Positions 7,785-16,601 of a DNA stretch of 64,000 nt are shown in pieces (the first letter of the stretch is position 1; the number at the start of each line of letters is the position of its first letter). Source of the stretch: an uncultured Oscillospiraceae bacterium. GTDB lineage: Bacteria; Bacillota; Clostridia; Oscillospirales; Ruminococcaceae. The notes below the pieces were generated by a model, which saw only the letters and a program-made list of their open reading frames with translations, had not been told where the DNA came from and did not search any database. The position numbers were made by a program, and so were the translations under genes. The stretch is from assembly GCA_964370045.1 (NCBI GenBank), contig CAYJGZ010000006.1:26946-90945 (forward strand). Reading direction: 5' to 3'.

Positions 7785-10751
7785 TCACTGCTGTTTTTCC
7801 CTGCTCGCACCTTCGTTCAGCCTTAGTATCTCATCCTTGCGCTCTTCGCTTATGGGCAAAATATCAAACGACGGCTTTGCTGTATAGTACCCTTGTACAT
7901 AGTCCACATCCAGCCGCACAAGCTCCGCTAAGTCTTTTTCGTCCTCCACGCCCTCCGCCACAAGCTGTATGCCCTTGGGGTGGCAGAAGGACACCACATT
8001 AGACACAAGCTTTTGCTTGTCGGGGCTGTCGTGTATCCCATTTATCATGCCCATATCTATCTTAACGATGTTCATGTTTATGGACAAAATACGCAGCTCA
8101 TTTGAATAGCCACTGCCAAAATCATCCAGCGCAATTTGCATACCCATGTTCTGGATATACTCCACCTTGTGCTGCATCTCCTGCTGTGTGACATTCTCCA
8201 CCTCGGTGATTTCCACCACAAGGTTTTTGAACAAATGCTTGTACTTGCGGCGCAGTGTCTTCCAGTCTTTCTCGCTCAGCATCTGGCTTGGTATGCTATT
8301 TATAAACACTTTTGAGCTGCCAAACTTTTTCACATTGTCATCTATAGTTTTCAGCACGGTGAAAAACACGGTACGCTCCAGCTGACTGAGCTTAGACTGC
8401 GCAGCGGCCACCGTCAATATCTCCATGGGAGACTTAAAGTTTTCCAAAAGCGGACGCATCAGCGCCTCGTATGCAAATATCTCTCCCGTTTTGAGGCAAA
8501 CAATAGGCTGGAACGCAAAGCGTATAAGGCTTTCGTCCAAAAGACGGTTTATCGCCTCTGTGTTTTCCAAGATGTATGCGCTCTGCTTGTAAGACACTTC
8601 GTTATACTCAAATATCGTGCCCTTTTCCTTATGTTTTGCCTCGTACATCGCAAAGTCGGATAGCTTCAAAAGGTCCGAAACATCATCCGAATCATCAGGA
8701 TACCACGCCATGCCCGAGGAGCAACGTATGCGCTGGTGCTCGCCGTTTGGCGTAATAATCGTCACGCTTTCGTTTTTGCGATACTGCTCCTCAATTACCT
8801 CTCTCGCCTGCTGCTTATCCTCAAAGCCGTGCAGGTACACCGCAAACTCATCCCCCGAAATACGTGCAACCACACCGCCATGCGCAGAGAATGCGCCGAA
8901 CATATCCCCCGCACCCATAATAAGCTTATCACCCATATCATGACCAAAAGTGTCGTTTATGTATTTCAGGTTATCAAGGTCCGCAAATATCATCACGCCT
9001 ATTTTGTCCGGCTGTTTGTTCATCCTCCTGTACGCCTTGCGCTTAAACGCAGTGCGGTTGTACAGCCCTGTCAGCGCATCATGGTCCAGCTCTTGTGCAA
9101 GGCGTATGTTTTCCTCAATGTCTCGTGTCACATCCAGCACCACGCCCACCGTGCCCGTAGCAGTTTTGTTTTGCAAAATCCGCAACCATTGCTGCTTATC
9201 GCTGTTTACTTGTTTATACTTGTATATATTCTCATGCTCTTGTGATGGCTCGGCGGTAAGCTGTGCAAGGTACTCTGCCCATCTACCCTTTGTGAGCTTG
9301 TCTGTTTGCTCTATGCCCAAAAGCGTATGCACGTACTCTGTCAAAACAACATACTCTTCGGCATTTTTCACCTCAAAGCCGCCAATGGGAAGTAGCGTCA
9401 TTTCCAGTATTTTGGAGGTGGTTTCGGAGGCGTTTATCACGCTTTCGTTAAGGCGTTCCACCGCCGAGGTAAGCTCGTCAATTTCACGCATACCCGTTTT
9501 TTGAAAGTGGATGCCTCTGTGCGGCGCAAGCCCACTTACATACTTTGAAAGGCCCGAAATTTTGCGTGTGGATATGTACGCCACCAAGAACACCGCCACA
9601 AAGCACACTGCGGTGATAATGACAATACTTGCCAAAACCACCATTCCAACACCCGAAGAGCTTTCGTGTAGCATATCCTGCGGAACAAAGCCCACAAGCG
9701 ACCAGCTCTCATTAACAAACGGGGAATTGTCGCTGTACATTCTCAGTTCATGAGTCGAGCAGTACATCTCACCCAATCCCTCAAGCTCGGCACTGTAAAA
9801 ACCCTCCTGCCGTACATCCTCAAGCTGTAGGTTTTGCCCCTGCTTTAGGTACACCTGTGCAATAGGGCCGCTTGGGATGGTCCAGTCCAGCAGTAGCTCA
9901 TCGTTTCGCACCGCCGCAATAGCATAAAAGCTGTTGTTATAAGGCAGGTCAACATTGGGCAAATATACCTGTGTGAAATGCGCAAGAGAAATCTCCACGC
10001 CCAAAATGCCATACGGCACATTGTCCTCTCCTATGAGCGGCATTGTATAGTATATTAGTTGCTGGTCCTCCCCCGGAAGCGACTCGGGCGAAGACCAGTA
10101 GCCATAGCGCTCGATTTCAGCATTTTGAATTTCGTTCGCCGCACTCATTGGCTTTTCATAAAAATCATATATTTCGGGGGTCTGCTCATCAAACACAATA
10201 TCAAGGTCCCAGCTTACCCCGGTGGTGATGGCGTATTCCTGCGATACAGAGATAGGTCCTGTTTGCAGGCTGTACTGTCTTTCGGTGACAGAAGAACCCG
10301 GAGCGGAGTCTCTTATGTACACAGCAGAATGTGCCATCTCGTTTTGCTTGTCCGAATTGGAGCGGTTGAGCGCAAAAAACGCACCGCTTATGCTATTGTC
10401 CTCCAAAAGGCTTATAATAGTCTGCGCACTTAACAGCGCCACTACATCATACACTTCGTCCTGCTCATATATTTCAAGTGCATCCACACCGCTTTGCTGT
10501 GCTAACTCGTTTATGGCGTTTGTAAGGCCCTCCGTATGTAGCGCCATGCTCCCCACAAGGCTACCCACCTGCGTATTAAAGGCCTGCACGCGAGTGTTCA
10601 CCGTGTTGCCAAAAAGGCGAAAAGACTCTGCGTCCAGCATGGTGAACACCTGCGAAATAAACAAAGACGCAACCAAAACAAGGCTTTGCAACAGCACAAG
10701 CAAAGCCATGGAAGCAGCAAGCTGCGTTCTCAGCGAAATCGAATTTTTCAT
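7785..10751 (-). CDS. Membrane sensor with large extracytoplasmic domain + GGDEF (SGDEF) + EAL domains
   Basis: ORF 7785..10799. The start is taken at ATG 10751 (MKNSISLRTQL...) behind AGGGG. Two TM segments flank a ~350-aa outside domain. GGDEF region DALTGLYNRTAF ... RISGDEFAVYL. EAL region YEALMRP, DDFGSGYSNE, KIDMGMI, AEGVEDEKDL, YVQGYY. Confidence 0.85.
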   Translation of the reverse strand: MKNSISLRTQLAASMALLVLLQSLVLVASLFISQVFTMLDAESFRLFGNTVNTRVQAFNTQVGSLVGSMALHTEGLTNAINELAQQSGVDALEIYEQDEVYDVVALLSAQTIISLLEDNSISGAFFALNRSNSDKQNEMAHSAVYIRDSAPGSSVTERQYSLQTGPISVSQEYAITTGVSWDLDIVFDEQTPEIYDFYEKPMSAANEIQNAEIERYGYWSSPESLPGEDQQLIYYTMPLIGEDNVPYGILGVEISLAHFTQVYLPNVDLPYNNSFYAIAAVRNDELLLDWTIPSGPIAQVYLKQGQNLQLEDVRQEGFYSAELEGLGEMYCSTHELRMYSDNSPFVNESWSLVGFVPQDMLHESSSGVGMVVLASIVIITAVCFVAVFLVAYISTRKISGLSKYVSGLAPHRGIHFQKTGMREIDELTSAVERLNESVINASETTSKILEMTLLPIGGFEVKNAEEYVVLTEYVHTLLGIEQTDKLTKGRWAEYLAQLTAEPSQEHENIYKYKQVNSDKQQWLRILQNKTATGTVGVVLDVTRDIEENIRLAQELDHDALTGLYNRTAFKRKAYRRMNKQPDKIGVMIFADLDNLKYINDTFGHDMGDKLIMGAGDMFGAFSAHGGVVARISGDEFAVYLHGFEDKQQAREVIEEQYRKNESVTIITPNGEHQRIRCSSGMAWYPDDSDDVSDLLKLSDFAMYEAKHKEKGTIFEYNEVSYKQSAYILENTEAINRLLDESLIRFAFQPIVCLKTGEIFAYEALMRPLLENFKSPMEILTVAAAQSKLSQLERTVFFTVLKTIDDNVKKFGSSKVFINSIPSQMLSEKDWKTLRRKYKHLFKNLVVEITEVENVTQQEMQHKVEYIQNMGMQIALDDFGSGYSNELRILSINMNIVKIDMGMINGIHDSPDKQKLVSNVVSFCHPKGIQLVAEGVEDEKDLAELVRLDVDYVQGYYTAKPSFDILPISEERKDEILRLNEGASREKQQ

Positions 10752-10857
10752 AGTTGAAATTACCCCTGACGCCCAAGGTAGTAGCGCATCCACAAACATG
10801 CCGTCTGCGCAAATCCCCCGAATTTAACACGTATCATTCCTGCAAGCGGCGTGCATC

Positions 10858-12390
10858 TTAGCTATAGGCTATTTCCCGCTCGCTCAGCTGTGTTTGTATC
10901 TGCGCAATCCACCCTTCAAACCGTGCGTCCATATCCAGTGCGTCCAGTATCTGCTCCTCGCTAAGGCCCTGTGCCTTCAGCTCGTCCGCCGCTTGCTGTG
11001 CACTTTGGGTTTCTTCTATAAGCGTGTTTTGCAAAATAAAGCGAACATCGTAGCTACCCTCAAACGCCTTTGCGGCATATGTTTGTGCATCCAATATCTG
11101 ATGCAGTGCAATCTCATACACCTTGGCTACATTGCTGTGTTCCACATCGCCCTGCCTTAGTTGCTCCAGCGAAGCATCAAAATCCTCGCTTTCGTAGGTG
11201 GCTGTTTGCACGGGAAGATAGCCCGTGGTCATGGCAAAGTCGATATTTTGCGCCGTTTGGGTAAACCACTTCAAAAACAGCGCCGCACCCTCCTGCCGCT
11301 GTGGGGTGGACTTGGACACGCACATGCCTGCGCCTTGCTGTATGGCATAAGGCTGTGCGCCCTCAAATACAGGATACGCAAACGCCTCAAAATCTATATC
11401 CACACGCTCATTATCACGCTCTATCCATGTGGGAAAGTATGCCGCACCGGAGGAGGAGCCTATAAACGACACAAGCTCACCCGACTTTATGTCGTCCGAG
11501 CGGAAGCCCTCTCCCGCGTAAAAATACCCAAGGCTCATGCCACCGCAATAAATATCAAATATCCTGCGCAAAACCTCCTCATCAAGGCTCGCACCCTCGA
11601 TTTGTGCATCAATAACATCCAGCCCCAGCTGCTTGCTACCTATAATGATAAAGTTTGCCAGCGAATCAAAGCCAACAAAGCCGGTGCCATCCCACGCCGT
11701 ATCGGGTGTTTGCTCATCCGTCCACATGTAGTAGCTTTTTGCCGTCTCGTACAGCGTTTCCCATGTTGCCAAATTTTCTGCGCTCGCTCCCTCACTTTGG
11801 GCAAACTCCTCCCATTCGGTAGCGTTTAGATAAAGAAGCTCGGTGCTCTTTACTATAGGCACCATCAGCAGGCGTCCATCGGAGGAGGCGCCGTCCTGCA
11901 TAAAGCTGTCTACATACATCGCCCTTTCTTCTTCAGTGAAATACTCGTTTAGGTCGCTTATCATGCCAAGCGCATCTATCTCTATCGCTTTGTCGGGATA
12001 GGATGAAAACATATCGGGCATTTCTTGTGAATTTATAACACCCATGGCGGAGTTTGTCACTTCCTCCTCCAGCTGGGATATGCTTCCTTTGGACACCGCC
12101 TGCACAATAACCCCACGCTCAATGCCCAGCGTTTGGTTGAATTCATCCACCGCAGCCTCCAGCGCCTGCTGGTTTTGCCCGGCGTAGTAGTGCCACAGCG
12201 TAATGGTTACCGGCTCTTGTGGGTTTAGCTGTGTATTTGGGTGGGGGGCAATTTCTTGTGTCATTGCTGTGCTTTGAGGCACAGCACCACCTGTGGATAC
12301 CTCCGAGGACGCACCCTGCTGCTGTGCACCACAAGCGCTTAGCAACATTAGCGCCGCAAGTGCCGATGACAACAATATTTTAGCTTTCAT
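10858..12390 (-). CDS. Extracellular solute-binding lipoprotein (ABC-type SBP family 1-like), orphan
   Basis: ORF 10858..12426. Start at ATG 12390 (MKAKILLSSALAALMLLSACG, lipobox LSAC) behind AGGAGTG. ~500-aa SBP-like sequence. No permease or ATPase genes are adjacent. Confidence 0.8.
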   Translation of the reverse strand: MKAKILLSSALAALMLLSACGAQQQGASSEVSTGGAVPQSTAMTQEIAPHPNTQLNPQEPVTITLWHYYAGQNQQALEAAVDEFNQTLGIERGVIVQAVSKGSISQLEEEVTNSAMGVINSQEMPDMFSSYPDKAIEIDALGMISDLNEYFTEEERAMYVDSFMQDGASSDGRLLMVPIVKSTELLYLNATEWEEFAQSEGASAENLATWETLYETAKSYYMWTDEQTPDTAWDGTGFVGFDSLANFIIIGSKQLGLDVIDAQIEGASLDEEVLRRIFDIYCGGMSLGYFYAGEGFRSDDIKSGELVSFIGSSSGAAYFPTWIERDNERVDIDFEAFAYPVFEGAQPYAIQQGAGMCVSKSTPQRQEGAALFLKWFTQTAQNIDFAMTTGYLPVQTATYESEDFDASLEQLRQGDVEHSNVAKVYEIALHQILDAQTYAAKAFEGSYDVRFILQNTLIEETQSAQQAADELKAQGLSEEQILDALDMDARFEGWIAQIQTQLSEREIAYS

Positions 12391-12668
12391 AAAAAACACT
12401 CCTTTCAACGACCCATAAAAGACCATATTGTTTGACGTATTCCCTACTTTTAATACACAAGTAAAGCTACCTATTATGTCACATTATACACTTTTTTGCC
12501 CAAAGCAACAACCACACGGCATATTATGTGTTAATTTATGTCGAACTATGCTTGTGCAATGTTGTTTGCGCAAGTGTGGGCATATATATGTGTGTGATTA
12601 AGAATATATTAAATGTGAAAAGAGGGCGGCATACCAAGAAAACTACACTTTTGTCCACTATCATTTAT

Positions 12669-12920
12669 GAGGGAGTGGACACATAGAGGTGATTTAGAAT
12701 ACGCTGGGCGCAAGAAGAAGGCGCTCAATTAAGGGGCTTGCCCCGTATTCAATGTGGCAACAGCGGATTTCAAGCCGCCGAATATTTAGTGGGCGATTGT
12801 ACGCTCACTAAATATTCAGGATGACCCTCGTCGCCTATGGAAGCGAGGGTCATCCTGCCTTACGCTATATCCCCCGCCTGCGGCGGGGAATATAGCAAAT
12901 AAATCATCGCACTTGGACAC
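12669..12920 (+). mobile_element. MITE-like repeat family A, long copy (A1)
   Basis: The 5' module GAGGGAGTGGACACATAGAGGTGATTTAGAATACGCTGGGCGCAAGAAGAAGGCGC and the 3' module GCTATATCCCCCGCCTGCGGCGGGGAATATAGCAAATAAATCATCGCACTTGGACAC are shared with copies at 37949-38053, 27049-27127 and 63105-63185 (all reverse orientation). The termini are imperfect inverted repeats (GTGGACACATAGAGGTGATTT / AAATCATCGCACTTGGACAC). Confidence 0.6.
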
Positions 12921-12939
12921 ACCCATTTATGCTCTCTGC

Positions 12940-12968
12940 TTGAATTGTGTGTGTGCAAAGGGTATACT
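12940..12968 (+). promoter_or_regulatory. Sigma-70-type promoter for argH
   Basis: TTGAAT (12940-12945), 17-nt spacer, TATACT (12963-12968), ~50 nt upstream of ATG 13021. Confidence 0.5.
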
Positions 12969-13020
12969 TAACATGCTGTCGCTCTTAGGCAGTCACTTTT
13001 TTTACAAAGGGGACAAATAT

Positions 13021-14394
13021 ATGAAAATGTGGCAGGGACGCTTTGAAAAGGAGCTGGATGCGGGCATTAACGACTTTAACTCCTCCATTTCCTTTGACAA
13101 CGTAATGTACAAGCAGGACATAAAGGGTAGCATAGCCCACGCAAACATGCTGGCAGGGTGCGGCATTATTCCGCAGGAGGATGCACAAAAAATAACGGAT
13201 GGGCTGTGCGGCATCCTCAGCGATATTACGAGCGGCGCACTGGCAATAGACCCTGCCGCCGAGGACATACACATGTTTGTGGAGCAGGAGCTGACGGCAC
13301 GCATAGGCGATGCGGGCAAGCGCCTGCACACCGCACGCAGCCGCAACGACCAAGTGGCCACCGACATGCGCCTATATCTAAAGGAAAAGACGGATGAAAT
13401 ACACGCCGCGGTGAAGGGGCTTGCGCTTATTTTGGCAGAGCTTGCAGGGGATAACACTCACACCGTGATGCCCGGCTACACCCACCTGCAGGTGGCACAG
13501 CCGGTGAGCTTTGCGCACCATATTATGGCGTATGCGCAGATGCTATACAGGGACATGGGCCGCCTGTGCGACTGCAAGCGCCGCATGGACGAAAGCCCCC
13601 TTGGCGCATGTGCGCTGGCCGGCACTACCTACCCCATAGACCGCACCGCAACAGCAAGCGAAATGGGCTTTGCCGCCGTGTGCCAAAACAGCATGGACGC
13701 AGTGAGCGACCGTGACTTTTGCGTGGAGCTTGTGAGTGCGTGCAGCCTCATCATGATGCACTTATCTCGCCTGTCGGAGGAGGTTATCCTGTGGTGCTCC
13801 TCCGAGTTTCGCTTTGTGGAGCTGGACGACGCATTCGCCACCGGCTCCTCCATAATGCCCCAAAAGAAAAACCCCGACATCACAGAGCTTGTGCGTGGAA
13901 AAACGGGCAGGGTGTACGGAGACCTTAACACACTGCTTGTGATGCTAAAGGGACTGCCGCTCGCCTACAACAAGGACATGCAGGAGGACAAGCCCGCAAC
14001 ATTCGACGCCGTGCAGACGGTACTGTCCTGCCTTTCGGCGGTGAGCCCCATGATGCAGACACTCAAAGTACGCGCGGACAACATGCGTGCGGCGGCGGCG
14101 AGGGGCTTTATAAACGCCACCGACTGTGCGGACTATCTAACGAAAAAAGGCGTGCCATTTCGGGATGCGTATAAAATAACCGGCCAGCTTGTAGCGCTTT
14201 GCATAAAGCAAAGCACCACGCTTGAAAATTTGCCGCTGAGCGACTACCAAAGCGCCTGCTCGCTTTTTGAGCAGGATATATACGCCGCAATCGACATTGA
14301 CAGCTGTATGAGCCAGCGCAAAAGCGAGGGTGGCCCTGCGCCCGAGGCGGTGGCAACGCAGATTGAGCGTTTGATAAAAAAGCTTAAAGCGTAG
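13021..14394 (+). CDS. argH: Argininosuccinate lyase
   Basis: ORF 12913..14394. Start at ATG 13021 (MKMWQGRFEKELD...) behind AAGGGGA. Fumarate-lyase signature GSSIMPQKKNPD. Full-length similarity to ArgH. Confidence 0.95.
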   Translation: MKMWQGRFEKELDAGINDFNSSISFDNVMYKQDIKGSIAHANMLAGCGIIPQEDAQKITDGLCGILSDITSGALAIDPAAEDIHMFVEQELTARIGDAGKRLHTARSRNDQVATDMRLYLKEKTDEIHAAVKGLALILAELAGDNTHTVMPGYTHLQVAQPVSFAHHIMAYAQMLYRDMGRLCDCKRRMDESPLGACALAGTTYPIDRTATASEMGFAAVCQNSMDAVSDRDFCVELVSACSLIMMHLSRLSEEVILWCSSEFRFVELDDAFATGSSIMPQKKNPDITELVRGKTGRVYGDLNTLLVMLKGLPLAYNKDMQEDKPATFDAVQTVLSCLSAVSPMMQTLKVRADNMRAAAARGFINATDCADYLTKKGVPFRDAYKITGQLVALCIKQSTTLENLPLSDYQSACSLFEQDIYAAIDIDSCMSQRKSEGGPAPEAVATQIERLIKKLKA

Positions 14395-14418
14395 GAATTT
14401 CTACGGAGGCTAAGTTTT

Positions 14419-14694
14419 ATGTCAGAAAACAAATTAGGGGTAAAAACAGAGGTGGAACTTGCCTTAGCGGAAGAGCGTATCAGCAAAATCAAAGCATATG
14501 AGCTGTTTGAAAAAAACCTATTTGCCACATTGGAAATAGGCAAATTTTCGTCGCTATCATACATTCATAAATGTTTGTTTAGTGAAATATACTATTTTGC
14601 GGGTAAAATTCGCACAGTAAACATTGCAAAAGGCAATTTTCGCTTTGCGCCTTTAATATATCTTGATGCCATTCACTGTGTTTTCGCCCCTTAA
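14419..14694 (+). pseudogene. Fic/DOC family protein, N-terminal fragment only
   Basis: The 91-aa ORF matches the N-terminal part of Fic proteins (...FAGKIRTVNIAKGNFRFAP...) but stops before the HPFxxGNGR active-site motif, and no continuation is found in any frame. Confidence 0.55.
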
Positions 14695-14852
14695 ATTAAA
14701 AGGCGAAAACAAAAGTGCAAGGTTTTTGTGTGAAAAACGAAAAAAACCTTGCACTTTCTCAAACAATAAATGATATTTATAATATGTAGATGTCATTTTT
14801 TGTTTGTTCAGTGGGCATTACTTTAGGACAAGATGTGCATTCCTCAAACCTC

Positions 14853-14895
14853 AAAAAACCTGCGCCCTCACTTATCACAGGGCGCAGGTTTTTGT
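14853..14895. terminator. Bidirectional intrinsic terminator
   Basis: Stem aacctgcgccct / agggcgcaggtt (14857-14890) flanked by an A-run and a T-run. Lies 3' of the minus-strand MATE gene. Confidence 0.65.
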
Positions 14896-14941
14896 GTTTG
14901 ACATGGGTAAAATATGCTTTGTACGCACGATGGCGTTGCGG

Positions 14942-16348
14942 CTATATTTTCTGCTCTGCCGCTTGTAGCGTGCTCTTGTTTTGCATTTTTCGCTCAAGGT
15001 AAAAGTAAAACGCAAGGCACATAATAATAGATGCTACGTTTGATATAGGCGATGCAAAGCCTATTATGTACAAATCGCCCGTAGGTATCTGCGCCAAAAG
15101 CCACGCCAGCGGTATGCGCAGTACCACTGCGGTTACTATACTGCGCAAAAGGCTGAACCAAGACTTTCCGTGGCTACAGAAGTACCCGTTTAGACAAAAC
15201 ACAAAGCAGGACAGTATCACATCGAATACGTAAGAGCGCAGATAGGTTGCGCCAAGGCTCAGCACGAGTGGGTCACTGCTCATAAGTGAAAGCATCTCCA
15301 CACCAAAAAATTGACATACAATCGTGACTATCACAGAAGGAACCAGCGCAATGGAAATGCCCATCCACAGGCTTTTTTTCGCACGCTGGGGCAGGTTCGC
15401 CCCAAGGTTTTGGGATGCGGCCGCACTTATGGAGCTGCTCATTGAGGAAGCAGGCAGCAGCAAAAATGTCTGCCACTTTCCCACAATGCCCGCAGCGGCG
15501 GCGGCGGCCACCCCAAGCTGGTTGATGATAGCCATGATAAACAGCGTGGCAAAGCCTATCAGGCTGTACTGCACCGCTATGGGAGAGCCTATTTTCAAAA
15601 TTTGCTTTGTTTCCTCTTTGTCAAACTTTATATGCTTAAAGCTCAGCGGATAGCCAAAGCCTTTGCGCTTTATGTACAAAAGCGCAAATGTAAAGCTTCC
15701 CGCCTGTGCAACGGTGGTGGCGATGGCCGTTCCGAATGCTCCCATTTGAAAAAAGTAAACAAAGACAATATCCAAAACAACGTTGATGCCGCACGCCACC
15801 AGCACAAACAAAAAGGGAGTGCGAGAATTTCCAAGCCCGGCAAGCACACCATTGAGAACATTATATCCCGCAATAAATATAATGCCCAAGCCGCATACCA
15901 AAAGATATTCCTCAGCCTTTGCCGCCGCATCGGCAGGGGTTTGCATCATGTCCACCATAGCGCCGTGAAACAACAAAAATATAGCCACAAGAGCAAGCGC
16001 CAAAGCGGCGAATATTGTAATAGCCGTGCCGGTTGCACATGAAAGCCGCTTTGTGTTTTGTGCGCCGAAGTGCCAGCCTATGCGCACCGTGACGCCCACC
16101 GACAGCCCCATGAGAAGATAAGTGGGAACGCTCATCACCTGGCTACCTATGGACACCGCCGCGGCGTCGGAGGTGCTCGCAAAATAGCTTACCACCGCCA
16201 AATCCACAGTGCCGTAAAGGTTTTGTATCAGCTCGCCCAGCAAAAAAGGCCATGCGAACATCAGCATGGAGCGCAAAAGGCTACCCTGTGTAAAGTTCAG
16301 CTTTTTGACAGTATGCTGCTTTGTGCTTGCGCTTTGCTGTTGTGACAT
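14942..16348 (-). CDS. MATE family efflux transporter (paralog 1)
   Basis: ORF 14942..16393. Start at ATG 16348 (MSQQQSASTKQ...) behind AGGAGAACC. 12-TM MATE-like sequence (FTQGSLLRSMLMFAWPFLLGELIQNLYGTVD...). Confidence 0.9.
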   Translation of the reverse strand: MSQQQSASTKQHTVKKLNFTQGSLLRSMLMFAWPFLLGELIQNLYGTVDLAVVSYFASTSDAAAVSIGSQVMSVPTYLLMGLSVGVTVRIGWHFGAQNTKRLSCATGTAITIFAALALALVAIFLLFHGAMVDMMQTPADAAAKAEEYLLVCGLGIIFIAGYNVLNGVLAGLGNSRTPFLFVLVACGINVVLDIVFVYFFQMGAFGTAIATTVAQAGSFTFALLYIKRKGFGYPLSFKHIKFDKEETKQILKIGSPIAVQYSLIGFATLFIMAIINQLGVAAAAAAGIVGKWQTFLLLPASSMSSSISAAASQNLGANLPQRAKKSLWMGISIALVPSVIVTIVCQFFGVEMLSLMSSDPLVLSLGATYLRSYVFDVILSCFVFCLNGYFCSHGKSWFSLLRSIVTAVVLRIPLAWLLAQIPTGDLYIIGFASPISNVASIIMCLAFYFYLERKMQNKSTLQAAEQKI

Positions 16349-16440
16349 TTCGGTTCTCCTTTTTGCCGAAAAAAATCGATGTGCAAAAACCACAGTGCTT
16401 TAAGTCTGTGCTACTTTTGGCACAAGCGTATCTTGCCTTA

Positions 16441-16601
16441 AGCAGTGTCTACACAAGTGTTCAATCTCCTGATTTTGGCAATTTTTCCGCCATACTTTGT
16501 TGTCAAAACTCGCATTCCACAAAGGAGTGCATCGCTTTTCCGCCGCGTCTTGCGAAAAAATTGCTTAAAATCATATAGTTTCAACTCGTGCAGACACTGC
16601 T
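16441..16601 (-). mobile_element. MITE-like repeat family B, copy B1 (161 bp)
   Basis: Near-identical over its central ~125 bp to the reverse complement of 50656-50816. Terminal inverted repeats AGCAGTGTCTACACAAG / CTCGTGCAGACACTGCT. Overlaps the last 6 codons and the stop of the upstream MATE gene. Confidence 0.6.

Noticed and set aside
12432-12442. Possible fifth family A copy, suggested by TTGACGTATTC shared with 63149-63159
   Set aside because: The match is only an 11-mer, which is expected many times by chance in 64 kb, and similarity does not extend to the conserved A end modules.
12913-13020. Upstream extension of argH to the first in-frame start at 12913
   Set aside because: The extension runs through the end of repeat A1 and the predicted promoter. 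ATG 13021 has a good Shine-Dalgarno and yields the canonical ArgH N-terminus MKMWQGRF.
12430-13020. T-box or amino-acid riboswitch upstream of argH
   Set aside because: No T-box consensus or specifier/antiterminator arrangement was seen. The structured region is a dispersed repeat (family A), and a good promoter lies downstream of it.
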